Shown: positions 27,113 through 37,712, numbered from the stretch's first letter. The stretch is DNA of 64,000 nt from a candidate division FCPU426 bacterium (GCA_963771075.1 CAVYSE010000017.1:104021-168020), one strand, 5' to 3'. Program-made: numbers and translations. Notes: a model not told the origin generated them from the letters alone.

Positions 27113-28861
27113 TTAAAACAGGATGGCCTTGAGTTCTGGAGGGACACCCTCGCGGATCAGGTTCAACACCTCGTCTGGCGTACGAAGTTTCAGGGCCTCC
27201 CGGGCGATATTTTGGGCAATGTCAAAGGGCATCAAGCGAATGACCTTCTTGATCTCTGGGATCACGGACATCGAAACGGAAAACTCATCCAAACCCATCC
27301 CGAGCAACAGGGGTACGCACTGGGGATCTCCCGCCATTTCCCCGCACATCCCCGCCCACTTGCCATGACGGTGACAGGCCTCAATGGTCATTTGGATCAA
27401 CCGCAAGATGGCAGGATTGAGGGGCTCGTAAAGGTAGGCCACCGCCTCATTCACGCGGTCCACCGCCAGTGTGTATTGGATTAAGTCGTTGGTGCCGATG
27501 GATAAAAAATCCAGTTCCTGGATCAAAAGGTCCGACATGAGCGCCGCCGATGGAATCTCGATCATGGCGCCGATTTCGATGCGATCCCTCAAGATCTTCC
27601 CTTCCAGCTTGAGTTCCTTGGTGCACTCGGCCAGCACCTGCTTGGCCTGACGCACCTCGTCCAGGTTGGAAATCATCGGAAACATCACCTTGATCGGGCC
27701 GGACGCAGCCGCCCGCAGGATGGCCCGTAGCTGGGGCTTGAATATGTCTGGACGTTTGAGGCAAAAACGAATCGCGCGCAAGCCCAAAAAGGGGTTTGAT
27801 TCCTGGGGTGCGTTCAGGTGGCTAAGGACCTTGTCCCCGCCCAAGTCCAGGGTGCGCAAGATGGCGGGGCTAACCCCGGCCTTTTCGGCCAGGTTGCGGT
27901 ATGCCTCGTACTGTTCCTCCTCGCCGGGTACCTCGGCGCGGTCCAGGAAAAGGAACTCGGTGCGGAACAGGCCCACACCCTCCGCACCGTGCCGGAAAAT
28001 CTCGTCCAGTTCCTGCGGAATCTCGATGTTTGCGGCTAAGGTCACTTGATGCCCGTCGGGCGTGATCGCAGGAAGGGACCGAAGCTCCTCCAGGCTACGC
28101 TGAAAAGCCTCGTAGCTTTCCTTCAGTCGCTGGTATTGTTTGAGGGTTTGGGGGTTGGGGTTGACGACCACCAGCCCCTTGTTGCCGTCCACGATGAGGA
28201 TATCCCCGTCCTCCACCTCCCCCACCAGGGTTTGCATACCAACCACCGCTGGAAGGCCCAGAGAACGGGCCACGATCGCCACATGGGAGGTTCTCCCACC
28301 CACGTCCGTGCAGAATCCCTTCACCCGGTCCGTGGGCATGGTCACGGTATCGGAGGGGGCCAAATCTCGGGCCACCACCACCACCTCCCGGTCCAATTTC
28401 TTGAGCTGGTCCCTTTCCGTTCCCATGAGGTTCTTCAACAGCCGTTCGCCCACATCCTGGATGTCCACCCCCCGCTCACGGAAATAAGGGTCTTCCAGGG
28501 TGGCAATGAGGGTCTTGAACTTTTCCAAGCCCTCGGCGACCAGATGTTCGGCGTTCAGCCTTCTTTTCGAGATGGCCTCGGGAATCTCCTCCAGGAAGAG
28601 CGGATCCTCCAAGACGACCTGGTGGGCCTGGAAAATGGCGACGTGCTCGTCCCCTAATTTTTCCTGCATCCGGGTCTCTAACTCGAGGATCTGTTCCTTG
28701 GTCTTGCGTAAGGCATCCCGGTAACGGTTCGATTCGAATTCCACCTCCTCGGGGCGCAAGGCGCGCCGCGGGACGGAAAAACCCTGGGGATAATAAAGAT
28801 ATACGGGGCCGATCCCGATACCGCCGGAAGCGGCGACTCCCTGGAAGATCTTTTCAGGCAA
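27113..28861 (-). CDS. ptsI: PTS enzyme I (PEP-protein phosphotransferase)
   Basis: GGRTSHVAI phospho-His motif, GVGLFRTEF, NPFLGLRAIR, SIGTNDL and GMCGE. Confidence 0.97.
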   Translation of the reverse strand: MPEKIFQGVAASGGIGIGPVYLYYPQGFSVPRRALRPEEVEFESNRYRDALRKTKEQILELETRMQEKLGDEHVAIFQAHQVVLEDPLFLEEIPEAISKRRLNAEHLVAEGLEKFKTLIATLEDPYFRERGVDIQDVGERLLKNLMGTERDQLKKLDREVVVVARDLAPSDTVTMPTDRVKGFCTDVGGRTSHVAIVARSLGLPAVVGMQTLVGEVEDGDILIVDGNKGLVVVNPNPQTLKQYQRLKESYEAFQRSLEELRSLPAITPDGHQVTLAANIEIPQELDEIFRHGAEGVGLFRTEFLFLDRAEVPGEEEQYEAYRNLAEKAGVSPAILRTLDLGGDKVLSHLNAPQESNPFLGLRAIRFCLKRPDIFKPQLRAILRAAASGPIKVMFPMISNLDEVRQAKQVLAECTKELKLEGKILRDRIEIGAMIEIPSAALMSDLLIQELDFLSIGTNDLIQYTLAVDRVNEAVAYLYEPLNPAILRLIQMTIEACHRHGKWAGMCGEMAGDPQCVPLLLGMGLDEFSVSMSVIPEIKKVIRLMPFDIAQNIAREALKLRTPDEVLNLIREGVPPELKAILF

Positions 28862-28864
28862 GGT

Positions 28865-29137
28865 CTACTCCTTTTCCCCGAACTTTTGCGCGAGAAGCTG
28901 TTTGAGCGCCGACAGGGCGTCCTTGGCGTCGTCCCCCTCAGCCACAAATTCCAGTTCCGTTCCCTTCGCCGCGGCCAAGGTCATAAGCCCCATGAGGCTC
29001 TTGGCATTCACGTTTTGGACCCCGTGGTGGATGGTGATCTGGCTTTTGAACTTGTTCGCCACTTTCACCAGTTCCGCGGCGGCCCTCAAGTGAAGGCCCA
29101 GCTTGTTGGAAATGGTCAAATTCTCGGTTGCTTTCAT
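28865..29137 (-). CDS. ptsH: HPr phosphocarrier protein
   Basis: GLHLRAA (His15 region) and NAKSLMG (Ser46 region). Confidence 0.95.
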   Translation of the reverse strand: MKATENLTISNKLGLHLRAAAELVKVANKFKSQITIHHGVQNVNAKSLMGLMTLAAAKGTELEFVAEGDDAKDALSALKQLLAQKFGEKE

Positions 29138-29147
29138 GACGGCCCTT

Positions 29148-30089
29148 TCAATTGACGATGGATCCTGGATTCAGGGTGTGCCCCCGGTCCAGGGTGGCGC
29201 CCTGGACCGGGGGACACCCGGCAGCCGATGAGACGACCGGCATGGTAGCCCCTGGCAAGCCTGGGGTCGTGCTCAACTCGGGCCAATAAGCCAGCATCAG
29301 TGCGAACAAGATCACCGCATAAAACAATTGGCCCGGGCTTATCTTTCGATGGAGCGCGAAAGTGAATAGAACCAGGATGGCGCCGAAGAACCCCAGCTTC
29401 ATCAGAAACAAGCCTGGCTGGGCCTCCAAATCAGTCCGATTCACGAAGACAATCAGCACCGCGACCAACAAAACCGAGGCGATGCGGATTCCACGGATGG
29501 CTTCCTGAAATCCAAAACGCCTCAGGGAAAGGACCACCTGGTCGCTTTTTTTGTAACCCAACCGGAAGCCCAAAAACCTCATCCCCAGATGGACTATATT
29601 GAAGGAAACCAGGAACAAAAGGGGAACCACCCAACATTCCACCTGAGGCCCCAGGGCCTGGGTCATGACTAACGTCACCGCCAGAAGACCGCAATAGGGG
29701 CGGATCGTCGCCCAGAAGAAATTGTCCCCCATGGCCGCAAGGGGGCCCATCATTCCCACCTTTAAAGCGTTTATTTCCTCTTCCTTCTGTTTTTGAAGTT
29801 CATGGGAGGCTTGGACCCTTTCCTCTTCCATTTTTATGACCGCCCCTAATATGAAAGAAGCCATATAGGGATGGGTGTTAAAGTAATCCAAATGGCGGGA
29901 TAAAACCTCGCCCCTCTCCCCCTTGGGGTAGAGGCGCCGAATCACAGGGCAAAGCACGTAGGCTACTCCGTAATTCAAATAACGCTCGAAATTCCAGGCT
30001 GCCTGGAGGAAAAGGCTCCTAACAAAGGCCGATGAGAGCGAGGGGAGGCCCGCCCGGATTGCGGCCCCAGGTTTTGTTTCCGGGCTCAC
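29148..30089 (-). CDS. PTS mannose/fructose/sorbose family IID component
   Basis: QAAWNFER, FNTHPY and MGPLAAMGDNFFW motifs. Confidence 0.93.
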   Translation of the reverse strand: MSPETKPGAAIRAGLPSLSSAFVRSLFLQAAWNFERYLNYGVAYVLCPVIRRLYPKGERGEVLSRHLDYFNTHPYMASFILGAVIKMEEERVQASHELQKQKEEEINALKVGMMGPLAAMGDNFFWATIRPYCGLLAVTLVMTQALGPQVECWVVPLLFLVSFNIVHLGMRFLGFRLGYKKSDQVVLSLRRFGFQEAIRGIRIASVLLVAVLIVFVNRTDLEAQPGLFLMKLGFFGAILVLFTFALHRKISPGQLFYAVILFALMLAYWPELSTTPGLPGATMPVVSSAAGCPPVQGATLDRGHTLNPGSIVN

Positions 30090-30853
30090 GAGACTTCTCC
30101 TTTTCCAACCATCATCAAGATGGCTCCAAAACCGGCCAAAACTGCCAATCCCACCAGGCCCACCCCGTGCAGGTGGCCAAAAAGAGCTAGCGCGAGAATG
30201 ACTGCCAGGGACAAAATCAGGGTCAAGGCCATGCGTTTTTCTAATACCAGGTCAATCACCGCAGCCGCCCCCAATGCCAATAAAAGCCAATGGGCATAGC
30301 GCAGGCCCTCCACCACCTTATCGGGAAGGATGAAAAAAAAGTTGGCGCTTAAGTGAACGACAGTCAACCCCAAAAGAGCCATCAAAAACCCTTTTAAGAA
30401 AAGTTCCGTGATCACCGCCCAGTTGACCCATTCGAATGTTTTCAAGTGGCTTCCTAATGCCATGCGTTGCGCGAAATGGACCCAGCGAACATGGAATTTC
30501 CTCAACTCGATTTCCGCTTGGGTAGAAAAGAGGGCCAGCGGTATGACAATGCCCAAAGCATAGGTGATCGCGGCCTCGGCGTTCCCACCCCGGCCCACCA
30601 ACTCGCAAGCGAAGGCCACGGAAATACCCGAAAGCATGCAAAGGTCCAGGGGTAGGTGCGCGCCCACGGGTACGTCCGCGATCCAAAGAAGCTCGATCAA
30701 TGCTCCCATCGTCAAACCCAGCTCCACGTGTCCCGTCACCAGGCCCACCAGCGGCCCCACCACGATGGGCCGGGATAGCATAAATTGACCGACAGCGGAC
30801 ACGTCCAAACTCAGGAGGCCCAATAGCAGGGATAAGGGAAGCAAGGAAGGCAT
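30086..30853 (-). CDS. PTS mannose/fructose/sorbose family IIC component
   Basis: QFMLSRPIVVGPLVG...GALIELLW...PVGA; start coupled (TGATG) to the GH57 stop. Confidence 0.9.
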   Translation of the reverse strand: MPSLLPLSLLLGLLSLDVSAVGQFMLSRPIVVGPLVGLVTGHVELGLTMGALIELLWIADVPVGAHLPLDLCMLSGISVAFACELVGRGGNAEAAITYALGIVIPLALFSTQAEIELRKFHVRWVHFAQRMALGSHLKTFEWVNWAVITELFLKGFLMALLGLTVVHLSANFFFILPDKVVEGLRYAHWLLLALGAAAVIDLVLEKRMALTLILSLAVILALALFGHLHGVGLVGLAVLAGFGAILMMVGKGEVS

Positions 30854-33027
30854 CACGGTTTCGCAAGCTCCTTCCACTGGTGATTTAAACCGGCCTTGAA
30901 GGTCTCGCCTGGATCTAAGGCTACTTCCCATCCGAACATTAGGCAGGAACCTTGGTATACCCTCTCAAAGCCGCCTTCGGATTGGGATATAGTCTCGACA
31001 GGGTAACGGAAAAAGATCGCTTCTTTTTCCAGTTTAAACAGGAGATCCAGATTCAGCCAACCGTCCGTCATTCCCGCCACCTTCACGTTGAGTTCAATGC
31101 CGGTACTGTTGAGCCGGGAATGGTCGAGTACTTTTCCCTTGACGTAATAATTGCGGTCCGGTGCGTTCCCCGCAAGCAAGGTCAAGTTCCATTCGTTGAA
31201 ATACAGGAACCTCAGTTCCCGATCTCCGAGGTTTTTCAACCCGATTTGAACTTCCAGCTCAAAATCTCCCGGCTGGAACGAAAGGTCTTTTTTCAACCCA
31301 AAGGTCTGGCCCTCGACCCTACCCATCCTAGAAAGCGAAACCCTCAGGGGTTGGCCTTTTTTCTTGGGTTCCATGATCGCGGGCTCAAATACTCCTCGGC
31401 GAAAATCGGACAATTCCACAGCCCGGGAGGTATAAAAATCATCCACGGTCGTTCCCAAAGGGGCGAAACGGTCTACCAAGCTTACCCGGCGGTCGGCGTC
31501 ATAAAAGAGTTTCTTTTCCAAACCCGGTTCCCTGGTTCGAACCAAGTCATGAATACTGGACACCCCCCCTTCCTGACCTCCCCCTTGGGCGTGATGCAAT
31601 AATTTGGCGTGGTAGGCTTCCCGCCGCCGGGTGAGGGTGTCGGAAAGGTTGATGGGATGTTTGAGGTAATCCAGCTCAGATAGGGTTCCTCCTTGCGCGG
31701 GTTCAATCAGGCTATGAAAACCGGAGGATTCCACTACAATTTCCTCATATCCATCCTTATTAAAGTCGGTACGTTGGGCTTGAATCCCATGCCGGTAAGG
31801 GGGCAGGATAGCGTCAGCCGCCTTCTCCGCCGTGATCAAATTTTGGTAAAGGGCAAACCTCAGGTGGTTCAGGTACAATCCGCCGAACACCCCATGCCAG
31901 AAGGCGCAATTACATTCACCCCGATAAAGGGCGGTTTCCGCTTCCGCCAGGAGCGCCTTTTGTTTGGCGATGGTTTTGGAGGGTTTATGCTCCCGCGCCC
32001 TCTGCACCTTGTCCGAAACCCACAATAGTTTCTTGTGCAATTGGTTACTTTCATCGTATTTAGACAGGAAGTGGCGCCAAAACCCTCCCTTGAGGTAACG
32101 TTCGTAACGAGGCATCTCGCCCCGGTTCTCCACTTCTCGGCACAGGCCCTCGAAATCGGCGGAGGCGTCTGGGGGGAGGGCCCATTCACCCATCTCGCTG
32201 TAGCTTCCCGTGGGCAGGCTCAAACGGCCCAGGGGAGGGTACGCCTGGACGTAATCGGCGAAAGAGATGCTTTTCAGCCAATCGGAGTTCGCCTCCAGGG
32301 CGCTGAAAAACCTTTCCAGGTAGCCGCCCCTTTCCTCGTAAACCCATTTGTATGTGTCCGGCCAACCCCCGAATTTCTCACCGTCATCCATCAGGACGAC
32401 GCATCGGTTCCCCGCCTCGGTGGCCACGGAACGGAAATAATTTATGCTCTCATCCACGTCATGAAAGGGCATGATCTTGCGCATTCTTTGGGATATTGGG
32501 AAAACCCCGCAGGTAAAGCCCTGCTCCTCCATGAGGTAATAACCAAAAGTCTGATCCTCCCGGAGCCCTGCCGACTTGAAATGGGCATCATCCAAAACCA
32601 AGTATTTAACGCCCGCCTGGGCCAGGGTCTTGGTTAGGTGAGGTTCCCATACCCGCTCCGCTGTCCACATTCCCTGAGGGATCACGCCGAAATGCCTCAT
32701 GATGAAGGAATTCATGCGTTCAATCTGGCCTAGCTTGTCCCGGTCGGGCAGGATTGACAGGATGGGCTCGTACATTCCCCCGGTGAATAGTTCCACCTGG
32801 CCCCGCTTCACCAGTGTTTTCAACCGGTCCAGAGTTTCCGGGCGGTTGGCCTCGAACCATTCCAATAGGGGTCCAGTCACGTGGAAGGCGCATTTGACCT
32901 TGGGGTGCCGTTCCAACACCTGCAGGAAAGGATAGTAAGAGCATTTGTCCAGGGCCTCGAAGACCTCCCCGAAATTGCCGACGGGCTGGTGGTTGTGAAC
33001 CCCGAATATGAAATGAACTTGATTCAT
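30853..33027 (-). CDS. GH57 4-alpha-glucanotransferase/alpha-amylase
   Basis: HNHQPVGNF, GMWTAERVWEP (nucleophile Glu), DDGEKFG (acid/base Asp), FWHGVFGGLY and SQSEGGFERVYQG. Confidence 0.92.
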   Translation of the reverse strand: MNQVHFIFGVHNHQPVGNFGEVFEALDKCSYYPFLQVLERHPKVKCAFHVTGPLLEWFEANRPETLDRLKTLVKRGQVELFTGGMYEPILSILPDRDKLGQIERMNSFIMRHFGVIPQGMWTAERVWEPHLTKTLAQAGVKYLVLDDAHFKSAGLREDQTFGYYLMEEQGFTCGVFPISQRMRKIMPFHDVDESINYFRSVATEAGNRCVVLMDDGEKFGGWPDTYKWVYEERGGYLERFFSALEANSDWLKSISFADYVQAYPPLGRLSLPTGSYSEMGEWALPPDASADFEGLCREVENRGEMPRYERYLKGGFWRHFLSKYDESNQLHKKLLWVSDKVQRAREHKPSKTIAKQKALLAEAETALYRGECNCAFWHGVFGGLYLNHLRFALYQNLITAEKAADAILPPYRHGIQAQRTDFNKDGYEEIVVESSGFHSLIEPAQGGTLSELDYLKHPINLSDTLTRRREAYHAKLLHHAQGGGQEGGVSSIHDLVRTREPGLEKKLFYDADRRVSLVDRFAPLGTTVDDFYTSRAVELSDFRRGVFEPAIMEPKKKGQPLRVSLSRMGRVEGQTFGLKKDLSFQPGDFELEVQIGLKNLGDRELRFLYFNEWNLTLLAGNAPDRNYYVKGKVLDHSRLNSTGIELNVKVAGMTDGWLNLDLLFKLEKEAIFFRYPVETISQSEGGFERVYQGSCLMFGWEVALDPGETFKAGLNHQWKELAKP

Positions 33028-33551
33028 AGATTCTCGTTTTTATCCTCAGGGTTCGCCGGGGGCAGCGAGTTCCCCTTTAATTCGGGAAGGTATTTTTCAA
33101 GCGGTTCGCGGGTGTCGCCCGGAACGGCCCGCACTTCCAATTCCAATCCCAGGGCCTTAAGCTCTTTAAACGCATGGATATCCCTCTCGTCCACGCAAAC
33201 GATGGAACAAATTTGGCGTTTCCCTTCGCAATAGTGCATCCCCCCCACATTGATGGAACTCACCTTGCCGCCCGTTCGGATGAAGGCCAGAACGTCCTGT
33301 GGATTGCTGAACAAAAGAAGGGCTTTTTCGGTCCCACCCCCGCGAGTCGCCTCAGAGGCGTCGGATAAGGTCAACAAACTTACCTTAAGGTTCGATGGAA
33401 CGGCCATTTCCATCAGGGTTCGTTGCATCGCGTTCGCCGCAATGGAATTATTGGCCACGATGATCCGTTCAATGCTGAGGGCCCGGGCCCATCCCACTAC
33501 CACCTGACCATGGATAAGCCGATCGTCTATGCGTATCAGAAGCAGGTCCAT
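33024..33551 (-). CDS. PTS mannose-family IIB component
   Basis: RIDDRLIHGQV phospho-His motif; INVGGM. Confidence 0.95.
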   Translation of the reverse strand: MDLLLIRIDDRLIHGQVVVGWARALSIERIIVANNSIAANAMQRTLMEMAVPSNLKVSLLTLSDASEATRGGGTEKALLLFSNPQDVLAFIRTGGKVSSINVGGMHYCEGKRQICSIVCVDERDIHAFKELKALGLELEVRAVPGDTREPLEKYLPELKGNSLPPANPEDKNENL

Positions 33552-33561
33552 ATTTTTCCGT

Positions 33562-33975
33562 TCAACCCTGTTGTTTTCCCTGGATCAGGTCCTGGGCCCA
33601 AAGGACCCCGTCTTTTCCTGCTTTGGCCACTTCAGGCGCCAGTGATTTGATATTCGAGTCTCCCTGATGAGATACAGCTTTCAAAAGCATGGGCAGATTA
33701 ACCCCGGTAATCAGTTGAATGGGCCTTTCTTGGGAGAGCCGGAAGGTGACGTTGAATGGGGTCCCCCCCAGCATGTCCACCAGTACAAAGGACCCTTCTC
33801 CCTGGGGATCTACTTCTTCCAGGGCCTTTTCAAGCTTTTGTTGAAAAGTTTCAAGCGAATCGGAACCTTCCAAGGCCACAGCGGCAAGGCCCTGGTTTTC
33901 CCCAAGAATCAAGCGCAAAGTTCCCACCAGGGACCTTCCCAGCTCCCCATGGGTCGCGACGACGATACCAATCAT
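33562..33975 (-). CDS. PTS mannose-family IIA component
   Basis: IVVATHG, VDMLGGTPFN and ITGVNLPML motifs. Confidence 0.95.
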   Translation of the reverse strand: MIGIVVATHGELGRSLVGTLRLILGENQGLAAVALEGSDSLETFQQKLEKALEEVDPQGEGSFVLVDMLGGTPFNVTFRLSQERPIQLITGVNLPMLLKAVSHQGDSNIKSLAPEVAKAGKDGVLWAQDLIQGKQQG

Positions 33976-34250
33976 GACTTTCCTTTCCTAGACAATGGGC
34001 AGGGGTACAACCCGCCACATGATAAACGGGCTTGGTGTTGGGAACAATCGGCTCCCTGATTAGTTTGGAATTTGCGCAGGATAAAATCCGCGAATTCCAT
34101 GATTCCCAATAACAACGGCAATTTATGCCGATTTCAACTGATCTTGCCGTCTAAAAAACGGTTTGTTTATCTACTTTTAGTACGATTCCCGATCAAGACA
34201 AACCTCGGGGAAACCAATGGATGACCGCAATTTCTAAATCTCGGGAAGGA

Positions 34251-35516
34251 TTAAATGACCAACCTTCGGATAATTGCCCGGCCCAGCTTGAAGGGACTAT
34301 GACGAACAAAATCTTCTTTGTGCAATAGGTTAGCCATGACCAATTTCACGCCAAGTTCCTCAACCTTTTCTTCATCCACCTCCACGGGTTGTTGTCCCGA
34401 ATCTGCGTACTTTTTCAATAGGGAAACGGGCGGCGTTTCCTGGTTGGCGATTACGTAATGGACAAAACTCGGCCCGGTGTGGCGGAAAATGGCTTTAAGA
34501 TGGTCTGAAACGGTGTACTGGTCCGTTTCTCCCGGCTGGGTCATGACGTTGCAAACGTAGATTTTCACGGCGCGGGAGAGGGCAATCCGCTCGGCCACTT
34601 CCGGGATTAATAGGTTAGGAATCACGCTGGTGAAAAGACTTCCCGGTCCCAGTACGATCGCATCCGCTTCCAGAATGGCTTTCATCACCTCTTTGTTGGG
34701 CTTGACTCTCTGTTTGAGCATCACCTTTTCAATGGGCGATTTGCTGGTGGGGATCAAGGACTCACCGGTGAGTACGCGGCCGTCCTTGAACTTGGCCTGC
34801 AGAACCATAGGGTCAAAGGTCACGGGCATGACCGTTCCCCGGGTGGCGAAAAGCCGACTGGACTCCTCCACGGCCCGGCCAAAGTCCCCCGTGATTTCCC
34901 TCATGACCGTGATGAACAAATTGCCGAAACTGTGCCCCTTCAGATCGCCATGGCTCTTAAATCTGTATTGAAACAGGTCATTTAAGAGGGTTTCCTGATC
35001 GGAAAGGGCCACGATGCAATTGCGGATATCACCGGGAGGCGGTGTTCCGAAATCCTGTCTTAAGCGGCCCGAGCTTCCCCCATCATCGGCCACCGTTACC
35101 ACTGCCGTCAGGTTGCTCGTGTAATGCTTGAGGCTATAAAGCACATTAGGCAGTCCCGTACCCCCACCGACCGCCACTATTCGGGGGCCCCTTTTCAAGC
35201 GAAGCCGGTTATAGGCGATATTAACGAAATCTTTCTCCCGAGCCGGTATCAAGATGGTCAGGACGAAGTAAAGGGATCGCCTCACACCCAAAACCAATCC
35301 AAAAATGGCCAATACAATGAGCAGGAAATCAGCGAACTTCAGATGCTGAATGTGATCGCTGAATTGCTGGATAACAGGCGGATTGTAATGAATCCCGGCG
35401 GTGTGCTGACTCATGAGCCCGGAAAAGCCGACCCCTAAGACGATCAAGGAGAGGGTCATCAGGAGCAGCCAGCGTTTCAAACGGATCCCAGGATAGAGCC
35501 AACGTAGCCAGTTCAT
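34251..35516 (-). CDS. yvcK: YvcK/GlmR family protein with N-terminal TM segments
   Basis: [40 protein letters not shown] and NVMTQPGET motifs. Confidence 0.92.
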   Translation of the reverse strand: MNWLRWLYPGIRLKRWLLLMTLSLIVLGVGFSGLMSQHTAGIHYNPPVIQQFSDHIQHLKFADFLLIVLAIFGLVLGVRRSLYFVLTILIPAREKDFVNIAYNRLRLKRGPRIVAVGGGTGLPNVLYSLKHYTSNLTAVVTVADDGGSSGRLRQDFGTPPPGDIRNCIVALSDQETLLNDLFQYRFKSHGDLKGHSFGNLFITVMREITGDFGRAVEESSRLFATRGTVMPVTFDPMVLQAKFKDGRVLTGESLIPTSKSPIEKVMLKQRVKPNKEVMKAILEADAIVLGPGSLFTSVIPNLLIPEVAERIALSRAVKIYVCNVMTQPGETDQYTVSDHLKAIFRHTGPSFVHYVIANQETPPVSLLKKYADSGQQPVEVDEEKVEELGVKLVMANLLHKEDFVRHSPFKLGRAIIRRLVI

Positions 35517-36484
35517 CCCGGGGTCTCTTTATCCTGTTTTTTCTGCCGTTCCGATTCCTCGGCCATGATTCGGGTGACCCGATCCGCGAATTCCTGGGCC
35601 GTGAAATAACCCAGCTTCATGAGACGGTGGTTCATGGCCGCCACCTCAATGATAACCGCCAAATTCCGGCCGGGCCTCACGGGTATCACAAAAGTGGGTA
35701 TCTCCACGTCAAAGATCTTCAAGGTGGAAGGGGTCAACCCCAGCCGGTCATATTCTTTCTTGGCATCCCATTCCTCCAGCCGTACCACCAACTCGATGCG
35801 TTTCTTGTCCCGTATGGCGCCCACACCAAAAAGACTTTCTATATTAATGATACCCAGGCCGCGAATTTCCATGTGATGCTTGATAATTTCCGACCTGGAG
35901 CCCATCAGAATGCGGTTGGCTAAACGCTTGATGTAAACCAGGTCGTCCGCCACAAGCCGGTGTCCCCGTTCGACCAGGTCTAAGGCGCATTCGCTTTTTC
36001 CGATGCCCGAGGTTCCCAAAACAAGAATACCCACCCCATATACATCCAGCAGCGTGCCGTGAATCGTGGTTTCAGGGGCAAATTCCTCCTCCAGGAAAAC
36101 CGATATTTCGGAAACAAACTTGGTGGTGGGGGTGGGAGTGGTGAAAACGGGGATCTTTTGGCGGCGGGCCTCCAGGATAAGTTCCTGGGGCGGTTTGACC
36201 TTGTGGGTGACAACGATGGCGGGAATGCGGTAAGCCAGTAGGGTCTGGAAAATTTTTTTGCGATGGGCGGGCTTAAGCGTGGCCAGGTAATGAATCTCGG
36301 TTTTTCCCAGAATCTGCAAACGCTCGTAAGCGAACCACTTCAAATAACCGGTCAGGGCCATTCCCATTCGGTTGATGTCCACGCTGACGATGTAGCGTTC
36401 CGCCATTCCCTCTTCGGCCAGCGGGGTCAAGCGCAACCGTTCTTTGGCCTGCTGGAAAAGGGCATCCACCGAAATTTTTTTCAT
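35513..36484 (-). CDS. hprK: HPr kinase/phosphorylase
   Basis: GTSGIGKSE Walker A, LVADD, EIRGLGII and PGRNLAVIIEVAA motifs. Confidence 0.97.
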   Translation of the reverse strand: MKKISVDALFQQAKERLRLTPLAEEGMAERYIVSVDINRMGMALTGYLKWFAYERLQILGKTEIHYLATLKPAHRKKIFQTLLAYRIPAIVVTHKVKPPQELILEARRQKIPVFTTPTPTTKFVSEISVFLEEEFAPETTIHGTLLDVYGVGILVLGTSGIGKSECALDLVERGHRLVADDLVYIKRLANRILMGSRSEIIKHHMEIRGLGIINIESLFGVGAIRDKKRIELVVRLEEWDAKKEYDRLGLTPSTLKIFDVEIPTFVIPVRPGRNLAVIIEVAAMNHRLMKLGYFTAQEFADRVTRIMAEESERQKKQDKETPG

Positions 36485-36562
36485 TTTGTTTTTCCCGGCG
36501 GCATGAATGTAAGACCGGTTTGGTTTACGAATGACCCCCGAAAGGGGAGGTCCGAATGGGCT

Positions 36563-37027
36563 TCAATGCTTAAGTTTTTCTTCCTCTTGAATGATCTTGA
36601 TTACATCTTCTGGCGTTTTGGCCGATAGCAATGATTTACGAAAGTATTTGTCCTTCAAGAGGCTGGATATCCGGGCAAGGGCCTTCAAATGGGCGCCTGC
36701 GGCACCCTCGGGAGCCACTAAAAGGAAAAAAATGTTCACCGGCTCCCCATCCAGGGAATCAAAACTAATTCCCTCGGGAGATAGGCCGAAGGCCGCCGCC
36801 AGGTCAGTGACGGTATCCGACTTCCCGTGGGGAATAGCAATCCCCTGGCCGATACCGGTCGAACCCAACTCTTCCCTCTCCAGCAAGGTCTGGATCATCT
36901 TTTTCTTATCCTTGACCTTGCCTGAATTGACCAATAGTTCCACCAATTCCTTGATGGCGTCCTTTTTGTTTTTGGACTCCAGGTTCAATTTGATAGCGTC
37001 AGAAGTTAAAAAATCCAGGATTTGCAT
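36563..37027 (-). CDS. ptsN: PTS IIA (Ntr/fructose-mannitol type)
   Basis: REELGSTGIGQGIAIPHG and HLKALA motifs; GGAGG RBS; position after rpoN-hpf. Confidence 0.9.
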   Translation of the reverse strand: MQILDFLTSDAIKLNLESKNKKDAIKELVELLVNSGKVKDKKKMIQTLLEREELGSTGIGQGIAIPHGKSDTVTDLAAAFGLSPEGISFDSLDGEPVNIFFLLVAPEGAAGAHLKALARISSLLKDKYFRKSLLSAKTPEDVIKIIQEEEKLKH

Positions 37028-37070
37028 CAGGGTCCTCCCCAAGAAATGGTGCTTCTTTTGAATCCCCGGC

Positions 37071-37631
37071 TCAGTATTCCGGTTCAATAAGGCCGATGTG
37101 GTGATCCTTGCGTTTGTAAACGACACAAGTTTTATCCGTGTCCGCGTCTAAAAAAACCAGGAATTCATGTTTTGAAACGGAAAGCTGCATTGCCGCCTCT
37201 TCCGCAGTCATGGGCTTGATCTCATGCTTCTTGGATCGAATAACCTCGAATTCTTCCCCCTCCGCTCCGGGGGGAATGAGCCCATGAATGACAGAGGAGG
37301 CCTTTGCGCCCGGGGCATGGCGGTGTTCCACGCGTTTCTCTTTGTTTTTCTTTGCCTGTTTCTCTAGACGGTCCAAGGCGGAATCGATGGAATTATACAT
37401 GTCCCGGGAAGTGGCTTTGGCCGAAAGCTTCAAATGTTTGGCCGACAAGATAACTTCGCAAAGATGCAGGTTTCGCTCATAGGTCAGGATCACGTGGGCT
37501 TCGGTAATCTGTCCTAGATAGCGTTCCACTCGATGAATTTTTTCTTCCACCTGATTCGTCAGGGCATCGCTCAATTTTTCGTGGCGGCTGGTAATGTTTA
37601 ACTTGAATTTCGTATGGGCTTTTCGGAACAA
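37071..37631 (-). CDS. hpf: Ribosome hibernation promoting factor (long HPF); start uncertain
   Basis: DMYNSID.A.DRLEKQ and the C-terminal KPMTAEEAAMQL...VVYKRKD domain. Confidence 0.92.
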   Translation of the reverse strand: MFRKAHTKFKLNITSRHEKLSDALTNQVEEKIHRVERYLGQITEAHVILTYERNLHLCEVILSAKHLKLSAKATSRDMYNSIDSALDRLEKQAKKNKEKRVEHRHAPGAKASSVIHGLIPPGAEGEEFEVIRSKKHEIKPMTAEEAAMQLSVSKHEFLVFLDADTDKTCVVYKRKDHHIGLIEPEY

Positions 37632-37684
37632 GGGAAACCCCCAATGGTGGTGAAGAGGCGACTTAAGCGCCTAAAAGAGGGGTT

Positions 37685-37712
37685 ATTCTAACATTCGATA
37701 GTGGGAAGTCAA
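37685..37712 (-). promoter_or_regulatory. Sigma70-type promoter for hpf-ptsN-hprK-yvcK
   Basis: TTGACT-16 bp-(TG.)TAGAAT; both hexamers are retained in the diverged copy at 59149-59176 while the spacer differs. Confidence 0.7.

Noticed and set aside
33976..34250. Sigma-54 (-24/-12) promoter upstream of PTS IIA
   Set aside because: GG and TTGC elements are present but not at the required GG-N10-GC spacing.
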